Below, piece by piece: positions 40,276-49,582 of a stretch of DNA of 64,000 bases. Within the stretch, counting starts at the first letter, position 1. Every line of letters starts with the position of its first letter. A program made the translations under genes and the position numbers. This DNA comes from an uncultured virus (IMG/VR IMGVR_UViG_3300045902_000133). Its lineage: Duplodnaviria > Heunggongvirae > Uroviricota > Caudoviricetes. The notes beneath the pieces were generated by a model. It made no database searches. It had not been told where the DNA came from and worked only from the letters and a program-made list of their open reading frames with translations. The DNA lies in IMG/VR virus record IMGVR_UViG_3300045902_000133; one strand, 5' to 3'.

Positions 40276-40343
40276 TTTCGGTGTTACAAACTTGTTACAC
40301 AACCAGACTTGATTTTTACAATTCAAGTCGTTAGATTCAGAGT

Positions 40344-42422
40344 ATGACTACTACTATCCAGAATCCATACGTTCAGAAGCGCATCCAAGAACGGATTGCC
40401 AAGGCTCGTGAACAGCACAGCGTTTATTGGCTCGGCGATGAAGCCGAAGAAATGATGACGCAGTGCGAAATAGGTTCGCCCGAACATTTGCGGCGGCTTC
40501 GCATCGTGCAGCGTGCCATCGGCAATTTCGTTCAGATTGTCACTGGACGTAATATCCCCGTGATTTTCTCAAGTGGCAAGCTCAGTTACACCGATGGCAA
40601 GCAGGTCGTGATTTCCGCCGACCTTGATCCGTCGAAGATTGACGTACAGGTCGGTCTGGCGTTGCACGAGGCGTCGCACTGCCTTCTCAGCAATGAGTCA
40701 TTGGCATTTCTTCCGAAGATGGAAAAGAACTTCCGTGATCTTATCAGTAAGAGCACGATTCTGGCAGACGCTGCCAAGATTGGCATGACCGAATCGCAGG
40801 TTCGTCAGCTCATTCAGATGATGATGAATTACATGGAAGATCGTCGTATCGACCTGTGGATGTACGAAAACGCGAGCGGGTATCGCCCGTACTACCAGGC
40901 GTTGTATGATGCACATTGGCACACTCCGAAGATTGACAACGCGCTGCGCGATCCCAAGTTCCGTGATCCGTCCGTTCGCAATTACGAATTGTTCGTTATC
41001 AATATGACGAACAAGCATTTCGATGTTACTGCGCTCCCCGATCTTGACAAGATTCGTGACATTGTAAACTTCACTCGCAAGGGTTTGTTTGCTCGTGGTG
41101 ACGAGGATATTGGGTGGCGTCGGTGGGCTGGTATGGACACGGTCAATCACGATCATCTGCCTCTGTTGTTTGCGGATGCGCTTCGTATTGCGGAAATCAT
41201 CGTCCGTAATAGCAAGTCGGTCACAAGTGAGAATGGTCGGTCGGATGATATGAAGTTGCGGAATGTCAAGACGGTTGTTACTGATATGCCGAATATGGAC
41301 TTTTCGCCGACAAACGAAAACAGCGATGGTGAAGTCGAATATCGTCCCGTGTCTGGTAAAGAACTCGACGCCGCGCTCAACAAGCAGCGTAAGTTCCTTG
41401 ACCACTCGGCGCTCAATGAACAAAAGGAGACGCTGTCAAATCGGATTATGCGAGATCTCCAGATGCTTGAGGATTCCAAGGCCGATTTTAAGACCGTGGA
41501 AGGCAATTTCATTGGTCGTAATGTTAAGTGTCCGATTATCATTTATCGGGAAGTTACCAAGCGGACAGTCCAGAGTGATTCGTTCCCTATGCGATTCGGT
41601 GCTTATGGATATGGTCGTAACGTCGGCCGCAACCCCGATGCAGAACGTGCAGTCGCTGACGGCATTCGTATGGGTCAGGTTCTTGCCTCACGTATTTCCG
41701 TAGTACAGGATGAGAAACCGTTGAAGTTTACTCGTCAGGAAACTGGGCGTATTGATAAGCGACTGATTTCGGGATTTGGATATGGTAACGAAAAGGTGTT
41801 CCATCATATTGTTACTGAACAGCGTCAGCCTGTTGATGTATGGCTCGATATCGACCTGAGTGGTTCGATGATGGGTGAGAAGTTCCGCCAGGCGATGACG
41901 CTTGCCGTGGCTATTGCTTACGCGGCGGAAAAGAATCGTAAGATGAATTGTACGATTGCGGTTCGTGACGGCGGTTCGTCACACGCCCATTTGGCAATTA
42001 TCTATGATAGCAAGCGTCACAAGTTCCAGCGCGTTCGTGATGTGGTGCCGTATCTGTCGGCGGCCGGCGGGACGCCGGAAGCACTGTGCTTCGAAGCGGT
42101 CAAGGAAGAAATTCTCAAGACGAGCAAGGGTGCTAAGAAGTATTTCATCAATCTGTCGGATGGTGAACCCGGCCACGGATTTGAGTGGAAGGGTCGCCAC
42201 TACTCGTACGGCGGTGAATCGGCGTATAAACACACACGTCGTATGATGCAGGAGTTCCGTGCCAATGGTATTCAGGTAATGAGTTATTACATTGGTCACA
42301 GCAAGCAGGAACACGCGGGTTTCCGTAAGATGTATGGTCAGGATGCACATTTCATTGATCCGGCCAATGTTACCAGCATTGCTCGTACACTCAACAAGAT
42401 CATGGTGAATGGAGGTCAATAA
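40344..42422 (+). CDS. VWA-domain partner of MoxR with HExxH-containing N-terminal domain (CobT-like)
   Basis: LHEASH, EDRRID, MIDAS DLSGSM, GGTPE, LSDGEP. Confidence 0.85.
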   Translation: MTTTIQNPYVQKRIQERIAKAREQHSVYWLGDEAEEMMTQCEIGSPEHLRRLRIVQRAIGNFVQIVTGRNIPVIFSSGKLSYTDGKQVVISADLDPSKIDVQVGLALHEASHCLLSNESLAFLPKMEKNFRDLISKSTILADAAKIGMTESQVRQLIQMMMNYMEDRRIDLWMYENASGYRPYYQALYDAHWHTPKIDNALRDPKFRDPSVRNYELFVINMTNKHFDVTALPDLDKIRDIVNFTRKGLFARGDEDIGWRRWAGMDTVNHDHLPLLFADALRIAEIIVRNSKSVTSENGRSDDMKLRNVKTVVTDMPNMDFSPTNENSDGEVEYRPVSGKELDAALNKQRKFLDHSALNEQKETLSNRIMRDLQMLEDSKADFKTVEGNFIGRNVKCPIIIYREVTKRTVQSDSFPMRFGAYGYGRNVGRNPDAERAVADGIRMGQVLASRISVVQDEKPLKFTRQETGRIDKRLISGFGYGNEKVFHHIVTEQRQPVDVWLDIDLSGSMMGEKFRQAMTLAVAIAYAAEKNRKMNCTIAVRDGGSSHAHLAIIYDSKRHKFQRVRDVVPYLSAAGGTPEALCFEAVKEEILKTSKGAKKYFINLSDGEPGHGFEWKGRHYSYGGESAYKHTRRMMQEFRANGIQVMSYYIGHSKQEHAGFRKMYGQDAHFIDPANVTSIARTLNKIMVNGGQ

Positions 42423-42606
42423 ATGATTTTACTGGCCTTCATCGCCGCGTTCTTTTTTAAGTCGTCTGGGTGGGCATCATTTTGGATTGCCCTTTATTGG
42501 ATTAGTGGCGGGGCCGAAAGTCGATGTACACGGAAACACCCGACCGGCCCCTTGACATAAATGTTAGCATTAGTTATCTTATTTATATACTTTCAGAGGA
42601 ACCCAA

Positions 42607-42954
42607 ATGGCAAGAAACACTGACAAGACACACGCGCTGCTTATTCAGCGATTAGTCGATTTAATCGGACCCGCTCGAGAGCCTTTCATTGAAACCGGTC
42701 GTAAGTTTGACAAGGTGTATGTAGATGGCAAGGTCAGATATTTCGTGGCCAGAACCGATGTGAAAACGGCAAAGGCCGGCGACATTCTTGGTGCCAAGAG
42801 CAAACTCGCGCCGAACTTTCGATGGTTTTTTGGTACTCTGGAAAATGCCGATAAGTGGGATTGGTCTGAATACCACGGCAAGCCGGTCAGTGATGAAACG
42901 GTAATGCAAGAAAAGGGATATGGATCATATGTCCATTATGTCCGTAAAACGTAA
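42607..42954 (+). CDS. Hypothetical protein
   Basis: GRKFDKV...GDIL...K.AP. GAGG RBS and sigma70-like promoter upstream. Confidence 0.65.
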   Translation: MARNTDKTHALLIQRLVDLIGPAREPFIETGRKFDKVYVDGKVRYFVARTDVKTAKAGDILGAKSKLAPNFRWFFGTLENADKWDWSEYHGKPVSDETVMQEKGYGSYVHYVRKT

Positions 42955-43444
42955 ACGTAAACGTGGTAATAGACCTCACTTCCGTAATCGCGTTTTTCGA
43001 ATAAGAGGTACAACGTGTGAGTGGCGAGGATGTAAAGAAACACGCAAAGACATTCTTGAAATTCATCACATAGTTCCTGTCGCACAAGGCGGCAAGGACG
43101 AAATAAATAACGTAAAAGTATACTGTAAGGAGCATCATTTTATGGCACACGAACGAGCCCCAATTAACCTTCTTTCATTTAGCGGCGTAAACCTCGAAGT
43201 CGGTGCCTCTAACGAGGAACGTCAGAAGCAGTTAATCAAGGCCAACCCGAAGTTTGCCAATATTCTTCGGAAGCGTACTCCAAAGCACATCGGCCAGATG
43301 GTTTCCGAATATCGCCTGAAGTCAAATAAAAAGGCGTCCACAAGCAAGACTACAAAGACTACCGCCACAAAGACTATTAATATTGTGGATCTAGCAAATA
43401 TCATCAATTCCCTTAACGAAAAGGGATTCACAATTATCGCTTGA
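42938..43444 (+). CDS. HNH endonuclease
   Basis: CEWRGC...EIHHIVP...GG...NN...C..HH..H. Confidence 0.8.
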   Translation: MSVKRKRKRGNRPHFRNRVFRIRGTTCEWRGCKETRKDILEIHHIVPVAQGGKDEINNVKVYCKEHHFMAHERAPINLLSFSGVNLEVGASNEERQKQLIKANPKFANILRKRTPKHIGQMVSEYRLKSNKKASTSKTTKTTATKTINIVDLANIINSLNEKGFTIIA

Positions 43445-43469
43445 CAAATAAGTTTCTACTGGTTATAAT
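43441..43469 (+). promoter_or_regulatory. Consensus sigma70 promoter
   Basis: TTGACA-17bp-TATAAT with a TG at the extended -10 position region. Confidence 0.85.
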
Positions 43470-43474
43470 TATAG

Positions 43475-44170
43475 AGTGATCCATCTCCGCCGGAACGTGA
43501 ATGACACGGGGAGCCTCCGAAACAGGCGACTCCGGATAGTAAGACGGCGCGAAGATGTTCAACTGGTGAGTGAGGAGCCACCAGTTCGACGCCGGTGGGT
43601 GCGAGAACCACACGCAGGTTGTGAGATCCACTCAAAACTCACCGGCGATGCCTGCCGCCTGTTCGGAGGTCGTGACGACGGATGAATGATGATGAAAAAC
43701 GGCGAGTCTACTTCAACCAAGATGGTGAACGAGACGCAAAAATGAAAAATTTAATTGAAAGCGTGGTTGGTGGTATCTAACCACCCCTATCCGAGTCAAG
43801 CGCGGGTATGATGTCTCCCCCATATGGTATCATACGTCGGTCCCTGCCGACATAGGCATATTTATGATTGAAAATAATATATGGCAGAGGGCTCAAGCTA
43901 GTATGGGTAAACTTGGGTAACAGAAAAGTTGGGTCGATGGTGTACAGCGCACACCCGTGCAACTTCAGTCGTCTAATAAAACAAGACGCCTTGCTTTGAA
44001 CAAGGAAATGCGGGTTGGTCCCGCCTGATACGAAGCACCGGAAGAGCCGGTGATTAATTAAATTAATATTATTACCTATTCCGGCACCGATCCATTTTTC
44101 TTGAAGGTTATTATTACTGCGACCGGTGAGGTCACGGAGAATCCCCGCCCAAGTGGCGGGGATTTTCTTT
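43475..44170 (+). ncRNA. Large (~690 nt) structured non-coding RNA, family not identified
   Basis: Runs from a perfect promoter to a terminator with no credible ORF. Many hairpins and long-range helices (43513-43528/43656-43670; 43489-43495/44079-44085). Confidence 0.7.
44139..44170 (+). terminator. Rho-independent terminator
   Basis: AATCCCCGCC-CAAGT-GGCGGGGATT followed by TTCTTT. Confidence 0.75.
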
Positions 44171-44201
44171 ATGAGAACGATTATACAGGAGATGTGTATA
44201 A

Positions 44202-44798
44202 ATGCCAATCAGCCCAAAAGTCGGTCGCAAACGACCGCTCTTAAAGCGTGACATTGAACATGCGCAAGCCAATACCAATAGTCATCGTCAAGCCGCTCAA
44301 TATCTCCAAGTCAACTTTACGACCTATAAACGCTATGCCAAGGCGTATGAACTCTATGATACCGAATTTAAGAATAAGTCGGGTCGAGGGGTGAGCAAGA
44401 TTCGTCGCAAGAATGCGTTTGGCCTCAACGAAATATTGGAAGGCCGACGACCGGGGTATGACCGGAATCGACTGAAAGAACGATTGATCCGAGCGGGTAT
44501 GCTGGAACAGAGTTGCGGGTATTGCGGTTTCAACAAGGTCAAACCTGATGGCCGAGGCCCATTCGTGATGACCTATCGTGACGATGATAGCAATAATCTT
44601 GCACTAAATAATCTCAATTTAATTTGCTACAATTGTTACTATTTAACTACCGGCACGCTTCGCAAAGATGTGCTCGCACCTGACACGGCGGTCACCTACG
44701 CTGCTCCTGAAGAACTTCAGTTAGATGCACAACAGCTCAACGTCAATTGGGATGACATGGCCGATGACTATGATCGGATCACCGCTGATGATGAATAA
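44202..44798 (+). CDS. HTH plus degenerate HNH/Zn-finger protein
   Basis: RQAAQYLQVNFTTYKRYA helix-turn-helix. CGYCG...TYRDDDSNN..LNNL.LICYNC with the catalytic His absent. Confidence 0.7.
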   Translation: MPISPKVGRKRPLLKRDIEHAQANTNSHRQAAQYLQVNFTTYKRYAKAYELYDTEFKNKSGRGVSKIRRKNAFGLNEILEGRRPGYDRNRLKERLIRAGMLEQSCGYCGFNKVKPDGRGPFVMTYRDDDSNNLALNNLNLICYNCYYLTTGTLRKDVLAPDTAVTYAAPEELQLDAQQLNVNWDDMADDYDRITADDE

Positions 44799-44811
44799 TA
44801 TAAAAACTGAA

Positions 44812-45305
44812 CCAATCGAATCCAAACCAAGCTGAAATCCAAACCAGATTCCGATTTAAACCGAACCAAAATCCAATCGAATCCAAACCAAGCTGGAAAC
44901 GTAAAGTGCTCATACCCATGAATTCCGAGCCTCATGAGTTCTGAGCTGATCCAATCCGAGCCCCAAGTTCTGAGCTGATCCAATCCGAGCTTCAAGTTCT
45001 GAGCCTCAAGTTCTGAGCCTTAAGTTCCGAGCCTTAAGTTCTGAGCTGATCCAATCCGAACTTCAAGTTCTGAGCTGATCCAATCCGAGCTGATCCAATC
45101 TGAGCCTCAAGTTCTGAGCCTCAAGTTCCGAGCTGATCCAATCCGAGCTGATCCAATCCGAGCTTCAAGTTCTGAGCTGATCCAATCCGAGCTGATCCAA
45201 TCCGAGCTGATCCAATCCGAGCTTCAAGTTCTGAGCTGATCCAATCCGAGCTGATCCAATCCGAGCTTCAAGTTCTGAGCCGGAAACGTGAGGTGCTCAT
45301 ACCCA
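44812..45305. repeat. Tandem array of two unit types (15 bp and 14 bp) bounded by 27-bp direct repeats
   Basis: 12x GAGCTGATCCAATCY and 12x GAGCYYYAAGTTCY-like units (44927-45276). Flanks GCYGGAAACGTRARGTGCTCATACCCA at 44892 and 45279. CCAATCGAATCCAAACCAAGCTG occurs twice upstream. Confidence 0.9.
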
Positions 45306-45429
45306 ACGGGTATGGATATTTAAATTATAACAAAAACAGATAATATAATTCTACACATCATATACAATATATAATTGGTAAAGTATACGCCCTCGTGTGT
45401 CTAGCTTTTCAAAATTTTTAACGGGAAAT

Positions 45430-45660
45430 TCTTCGGTTCATGTTTTCAGCTCAGATCTTCACATGTTCAGATCTTCCGGTTTTCAGCTCGGCAAACATTC
45501 CGGCTCAGTAACAAGCCCTGTTTTCCGGTTCAGAGCTCTACATGTTCAGATCTTCACGTTTTCAGCTCGGATCTCCACATGTTCAGATCTTCATGTTTTC
45601 AGCTCGGCAAACATTCCGGCTCGGATCTTCACGTTTTCAGATCTCCCGGTTTTCAGATTT
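45430..45660. repeat. Degenerate repeat tract (TTCAGATCTT / TTTCAGCTC units)
   Basis: TTTTCAGCTCGGCAAACATTCCGGCTC occurs twice and CATGTTCAGATCTTC three times. Confidence 0.8.
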
Positions 45661-45838
45661 CTATATGATGTTCAGCAGATTAGCTAGCTATTTAGTTGCC
45701 AAGTTGCACGTTTTAGCGTTTTTGCACAATTTCTGGAACTGGTATATATAATATACGTGACTCGAGTTAATTAAATTAAATGCTTTTCGGGACCGGCGCA
45801 CACTTGACTTTTTGACCCGCAGCCGTTATGTTTCAACC

Positions 45839-46027
45839 ATGAACGTGACGAAACAGCTTCTCTGCGTGGCGATATTTGTTCTCATTGCCGCAACAGCAGT
45901 GTTTTTGATCAGCGAGCCCGTCTGGCTTTGCAGTGATGGAATTGATGAACCCACTTATGTTTGGCCGGGTCACCGGCCACCGCACATGGATTGTGCGCGC
46001 GCACCCAATACCTGGACGATCCCGTGA
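45839..46027 (+). CDS. Small membrane protein
   Basis: Hydrophobic N-terminus. GTGA overlap with the next ORF. Confidence 0.4.
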   Translation: MNVTKQLLCVAIFVLIAATAVFLISEPVWLCSDGIDEPTYVWPGHRPPHMDCARAPNTWTIP

Positions 46028-46302
46028 AAAACAACGATTCTCTGAAAGATGGTGGCTTTCTTGGTTTTCTTCTTCACCTCTTGATTTTTGGTCGGTTTTA
46101 TTATGCACTTCTTTTCTTCCTCGCCGTGCCCATACTGCTCGTGATCATATTTATATATGACGCGGTGCAAAGCGGTAAAGACATGTATTGGAAATGTTTC
46201 AATTACACGGCACAGCAAGAGACGATCATCGTGACGCAAGGCGAGAATCCTGCTGGATGGTATAAAAACGATCAGCAGGTCGTGTGCACACGGGTCAAAT
46301 AA
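46024..46302 (+). CDS. Small membrane protein
   Basis: Two hydrophobic segments. Start codon uncertain. Confidence 0.45.
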   Translation: MKNNDSLKDGGFLGFLLHLLIFGRFYYALLFFLAVPILLVIIFIYDAVQSGKDMYWKCFNYTAQQETIIVTQGENPAGWYKNDQQVVCTRVK

Positions 46303-46343
46303 CGTGACCCGCTCAACACCCTGTTCACGATTTTTCAACGAAT

Positions 46344-47228
46344 ATGACCATTATGCGTATTATACCGATCACCATGCTCATTGCACTCGCGTTGACCGGC
46401 CACGCGCAACCGCTCACGATCAGCCCCGCCACGGTTCAGACCGGGGAGACCATGCAGTTCCGAACCCGGCCGGGCCTCGGAGAAGCCGACTCCGGTGCAG
46501 AACCGTTCTTCCAGGACGGATTCGAGTCAGGCGCCAAGACGAACCGCAACGGATTCAGGTGGGGCGACGCAACCTTCGTCACCGTATCCGACATTCGCGC
46601 ACGCTCGGGATCATACGCGCTCCGCTTCAGGTTCAAGGCGAGGCCAGTGGGACAGAACAACATGGCGGAGCAGAGGTTCGACATGGGTCGATACCTTTCG
46701 GAGTTGTGGCTGGAGTATATGCTGTATGTCCCAGCCAACTACGTGCACCGCAATGACCAGCCCAACAACAACACGTTCTTGGTGTTCTGGCTAGATCGCT
46801 ACGACGGTCCAGGTACCTGGCACGCCGCCATCGAGCTCCTGCGCCGCTCCGATTTGGAGTCTGAGGCCCGCATCCTTGCCAGAAAGACCACCTCGAATCT
46901 GGTGGGCAACTCGCGACCAGAAGGGATCCAGTGGCCTCGATTCATCCATCCCAACGGGCCGGTTCGTATCGGTGAGTGGACGAGGATCCGAGTGCATCTC
47001 AAGGCCTCCAGCAGTTGGTCTGCTGACAATGGAGTGTTCGAGTTGTGGGCAGATTCGACTCTGGTGTTTGGACACTACACCGCCCGATTCCATAACTTCG
47101 ACACCGCAATACCTGACGCGGCGCTGCGCCGTGGCTACTTCATGGGTTGGGCGAACTCGGGGTTCACCGAAGATACGGACTTCTTCATCGACGACGTGAA
47201 GTTCTACGACCGGAACCCGGGTTGGTAA
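46344..47228 (+). CDS. Secreted beta-jelly-roll (polysaccharide lyase/LamG-like) protein
   Basis: Signal peptide ..TGHA-Q; FFQDGFESG, ARSGSYALRF, GEWTRI, NGVFELW, FFIDDV. GC-rich. Confidence 0.65.
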   Translation: MTIMRIIPITMLIALALTGHAQPLTISPATVQTGETMQFRTRPGLGEADSGAEPFFQDGFESGAKTNRNGFRWGDATFVTVSDIRARSGSYALRFRFKARPVGQNNMAEQRFDMGRYLSELWLEYMLYVPANYVHRNDQPNNNTFLVFWLDRYDGPGTWHAAIELLRRSDLESEARILARKTTSNLVGNSRPEGIQWPRFIHPNGPVRIGEWTRIRVHLKASSSWSADNGVFELWADSTLVFGHYTARFHNFDTAIPDAALRRGYFMGWANSGFTEDTDFFIDDVKFYDRNPGW

Positions 47229-47349
47229 GCGAGTGGCACCTCAAGCGTGTATTTATCTGGTAGGGTCAAGCCTATAGCTTTGGCGAGCCGATCAGCCAGG
47301 CCGAAGCATCTCGTCTTCTCAACACCTGATTCACAATTTTTCAACGAGT

Positions 47350-49416
47350 ATGACCATTATGAACATTATCTCAATTCTGCGACCGGCCATGTTGGCTGCA
47401 CTCATCTTGACCGGCCACGCACAACAACCACAGCTCACCGCGCTCACGATCAGCCCCAAGACGGCGACTGTTCAGACCGGGGAGACCATGCAGTTCCGAA
47501 CCCAGGCCCGGTGGAGCACGAACAGAACCACATTTGCAAGAATTTCCTACTCGACGACCGGTGGCACCATCGCCTCGACAGGCCGGTACACCGCACCAAG
47601 CACGCCCGGCACCTATCTGGTCATTGCCGCACATGTTGGTGGCACGCTCCGTGACACGGCGGTGGTGACGGTGCAGGCGGCGGTGACGCTGACATCGCTC
47701 ACGATCAATCCGAAGACGGTAACGCTCGGCACGGGGGCGACCCAGCAGTTCTCGGTGAACGGAACGTGGAGCAACGGCGCCACCACGGCCCCGACCGTGA
47801 CGTACACCGCCACCGGAGGCACGGTGACCGCAGGCGGGCTCTATACCGCCCCGAGCACGGCCGGCACTTACCGGGTGATCGCGGCGCACACTGGCGGGAC
47901 ACTGCGTGACACCGGCGTGGTCACGGTGACCGGCCCAGTAGCGGATCCGCTCCTCGAACCGGTGCCCACGTCCAACGTGATCTTTTCCGACAATTTCGAC
48001 AGCTACAGCACCATCACCGGTGGAGCGAACTCTCTTGAAGGCCCTTGGGCGTTGAGTCCCGGTGACCGACCAACATTCATCACCGGCCGTGGTGGGTCTG
48101 GTAAGGCCGTGCGATTCGATTATACCACCACGAAGCTGCACTATGTCATCGAGCGCAACATTAGCGCCCGCACCAATATCGTGGTGCAGTACTGGTTCCG
48201 GTTTTCCGCAGGCGCAGATCCGACCAGTGGCGGTGATAACTACTCGGGCATGAAGTGGCTCATCCTGAATCGTGCGACCGGCGTGGGACGCTACACGTTC
48301 GGCATCAGCAACATGAACGGGGGCGGACCACCCGGCGTGTCCAACACGGGCCGGGAGTTCACGGTGTTCGATGAGTCCGCCGCGCCGAACATGCCCGACC
48401 CATTCGTGCAGAACGTCACGAAAACCGTGAAGCAATCCACGGTCGCCGACGGCCAGTGGCACCGCTACACCGTGCAGGTCCAGACGGGAAGTGGCGGCTG
48501 GGTTCGCGTTTGGGTTGATGGCACGCTCGTGCTCAACACGCAGGGTTACGCCTATAACCATTCGCCAGACGGGATCGCCTACATCGACCTACCTGCAAAT
48601 GTGAATAAGATTCTGCCAGGTTACAATTTCACTTTGGACGTTGACGACATCAGGGCCTGGGTACCGGAGATCCCGGCATCGAGTGGGTTCTGCCCGAATG
48701 AACCGGCCGGACTCACGCTTGTTGGCGACACCAAGTTCCCGACCCTCAATCCGTCCGGCTGGCAGCAGTTCTACGGACAGCTCGTGTCGGACGCATCCGG
48801 ACCTGAGCTCGGAACGTCGATTGCGTTCCGGTTCCCGAAAGGATCATCGGAAGGCGGCTACGGAGCGGTGGAGCCTGCCAACGGCCTGCCGGCGCAGACG
48901 CGCCGTGTCTACAGCTGCTTCGTCTGGAAGCAGTCGCCGAACTTCCAAAACCACCCGAGTGATACCAAGGTCCTGTATCCGTTCCGCGCGACCAGATCGG
49001 GCGAGCGTCGCGACTTCGTCTGGGGTTTCGAGCCCGTCGGTTCCGTCTCCAGCGGGACGTTCCGGTCGAAGATCACCACGCAGTCATCGGTGGACGGCGA
49101 CAACCGTCGGGACAACCTCGCGGCGATGACCTTCCGTACGGGTCGGTGGTACAGGACGGAGATCCTGGTGGTCCACAACACGCCCGGGGTCAAGAACGGC
49201 ACGTACACCGCGTGGACGAGTGAGTGGAACGGCACGGCATGGACCAGCCCGGTGCGACATGCGCATTGGACCGATTTAGGCTACAGCGACAGCGGTGACG
49301 CCGGTTACTGGACCCGCTGGCAGTTCGACCAGTATATGGGTGGGCAAGGTGGGAGCCCGGTCCCGGAGGATCAGTTCATCTACTTCAATCGCATTCGCGT
49401 TGCGGCTTCGCGGTAG
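47350..49416 (+). CDS. Secreted protein with two Ig-like repeats and two jelly-roll/lectin-like domains
   Basis: Signal peptide. Repeat LTISPKT...TGGT...G.YTAPST.GTY.VIAAH.GGTLRDT occurs twice. DGQWH, VWVDG and GRWY motifs. Confidence 0.75.
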   Translation: MTIMNIISILRPAMLAALILTGHAQQPQLTALTISPKTATVQTGETMQFRTQARWSTNRTTFARISYSTTGGTIASTGRYTAPSTPGTYLVIAAHVGGTLRDTAVVTVQAAVTLTSLTINPKTVTLGTGATQQFSVNGTWSNGATTAPTVTYTATGGTVTAGGLYTAPSTAGTYRVIAAHTGGTLRDTGVVTVTGPVADPLLEPVPTSNVIFSDNFDSYSTITGGANSLEGPWALSPGDRPTFITGRGGSGKAVRFDYTTTKLHYVIERNISARTNIVVQYWFRFSAGADPTSGGDNYSGMKWLILNRATGVGRYTFGISNMNGGGPPGVSNTGREFTVFDESAAPNMPDPFVQNVTKTVKQSTVADGQWHRYTVQVQTGSGGWVRVWVDGTLVLNTQGYAYNHSPDGIAYIDLPANVNKILPGYNFTLDVDDIRAWVPEIPASSGFCPNEPAGLTLVGDTKFPTLNPSGWQQFYGQLVSDASGPELGTSIAFRFPKGSSEGGYGAVEPANGLPAQTRRVYSCFVWKQSPNFQNHPSDTKVLYPFRATRSGERRDFVWGFEPVGSVSSGTFRSKITTQSSVDGDNRRDNLAAMTFRTGRWYRTEILVVHNTPGVKNGTYTAWTSEWNGTAWTSPVRHAHWTDLGYSDSGDAGYWTRWQFDQYMGGQGGSPVPEDQFIYFNRIRVAASR

Positions 49417-49476
49417 GCCGGCATCCGTAGTCCAAAACCCGCCAGTAATCCGTCTAAATGACCGTCTGACGAAACG

Positions 49477-49514
49477 AAAACCCAGGCCCATACCTTGATA
49501 TGGCCTGGGTTTTT
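49477..49514 (+). terminator. Rho-independent terminator
   Basis: AAAACCCAGGCC...GGCCTGGGTTTTTT. Confidence 0.75.
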
Positions 49515-49582
49515 TCGTGTCTCAAAATCGATTCCTGACCGAAAACAAAAGAGCCCCGGATGATCGCTCCGGGGCGTGTTTG

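Noticed and set aside
43475..44170. tmRNA, RNase P RNA or group II intron; also ORFs 43476..43685 and 43777..44208(-)
   Set aside because: No tRNA-like ends, no GAGGAAAGUCC motif and no domain V. The ORFs lack RBS and protein-like composition.
44927..45276. CRISPR array
   Set aside because: Units are 14-15 bp and abut each other with no unique spacers. No cas operon is present, and the Cas4-like nuclease is 34 kb away and typical of phage replication blocks.
47371..48561. Long minus-strand ORFs (also 39037..39831, 52735..53427, 56732..57526, 57861..58748, 58896..59726)
   Set aside because: They are antisense shadows of GC-rich plus-strand genes that have recognisable motifs.
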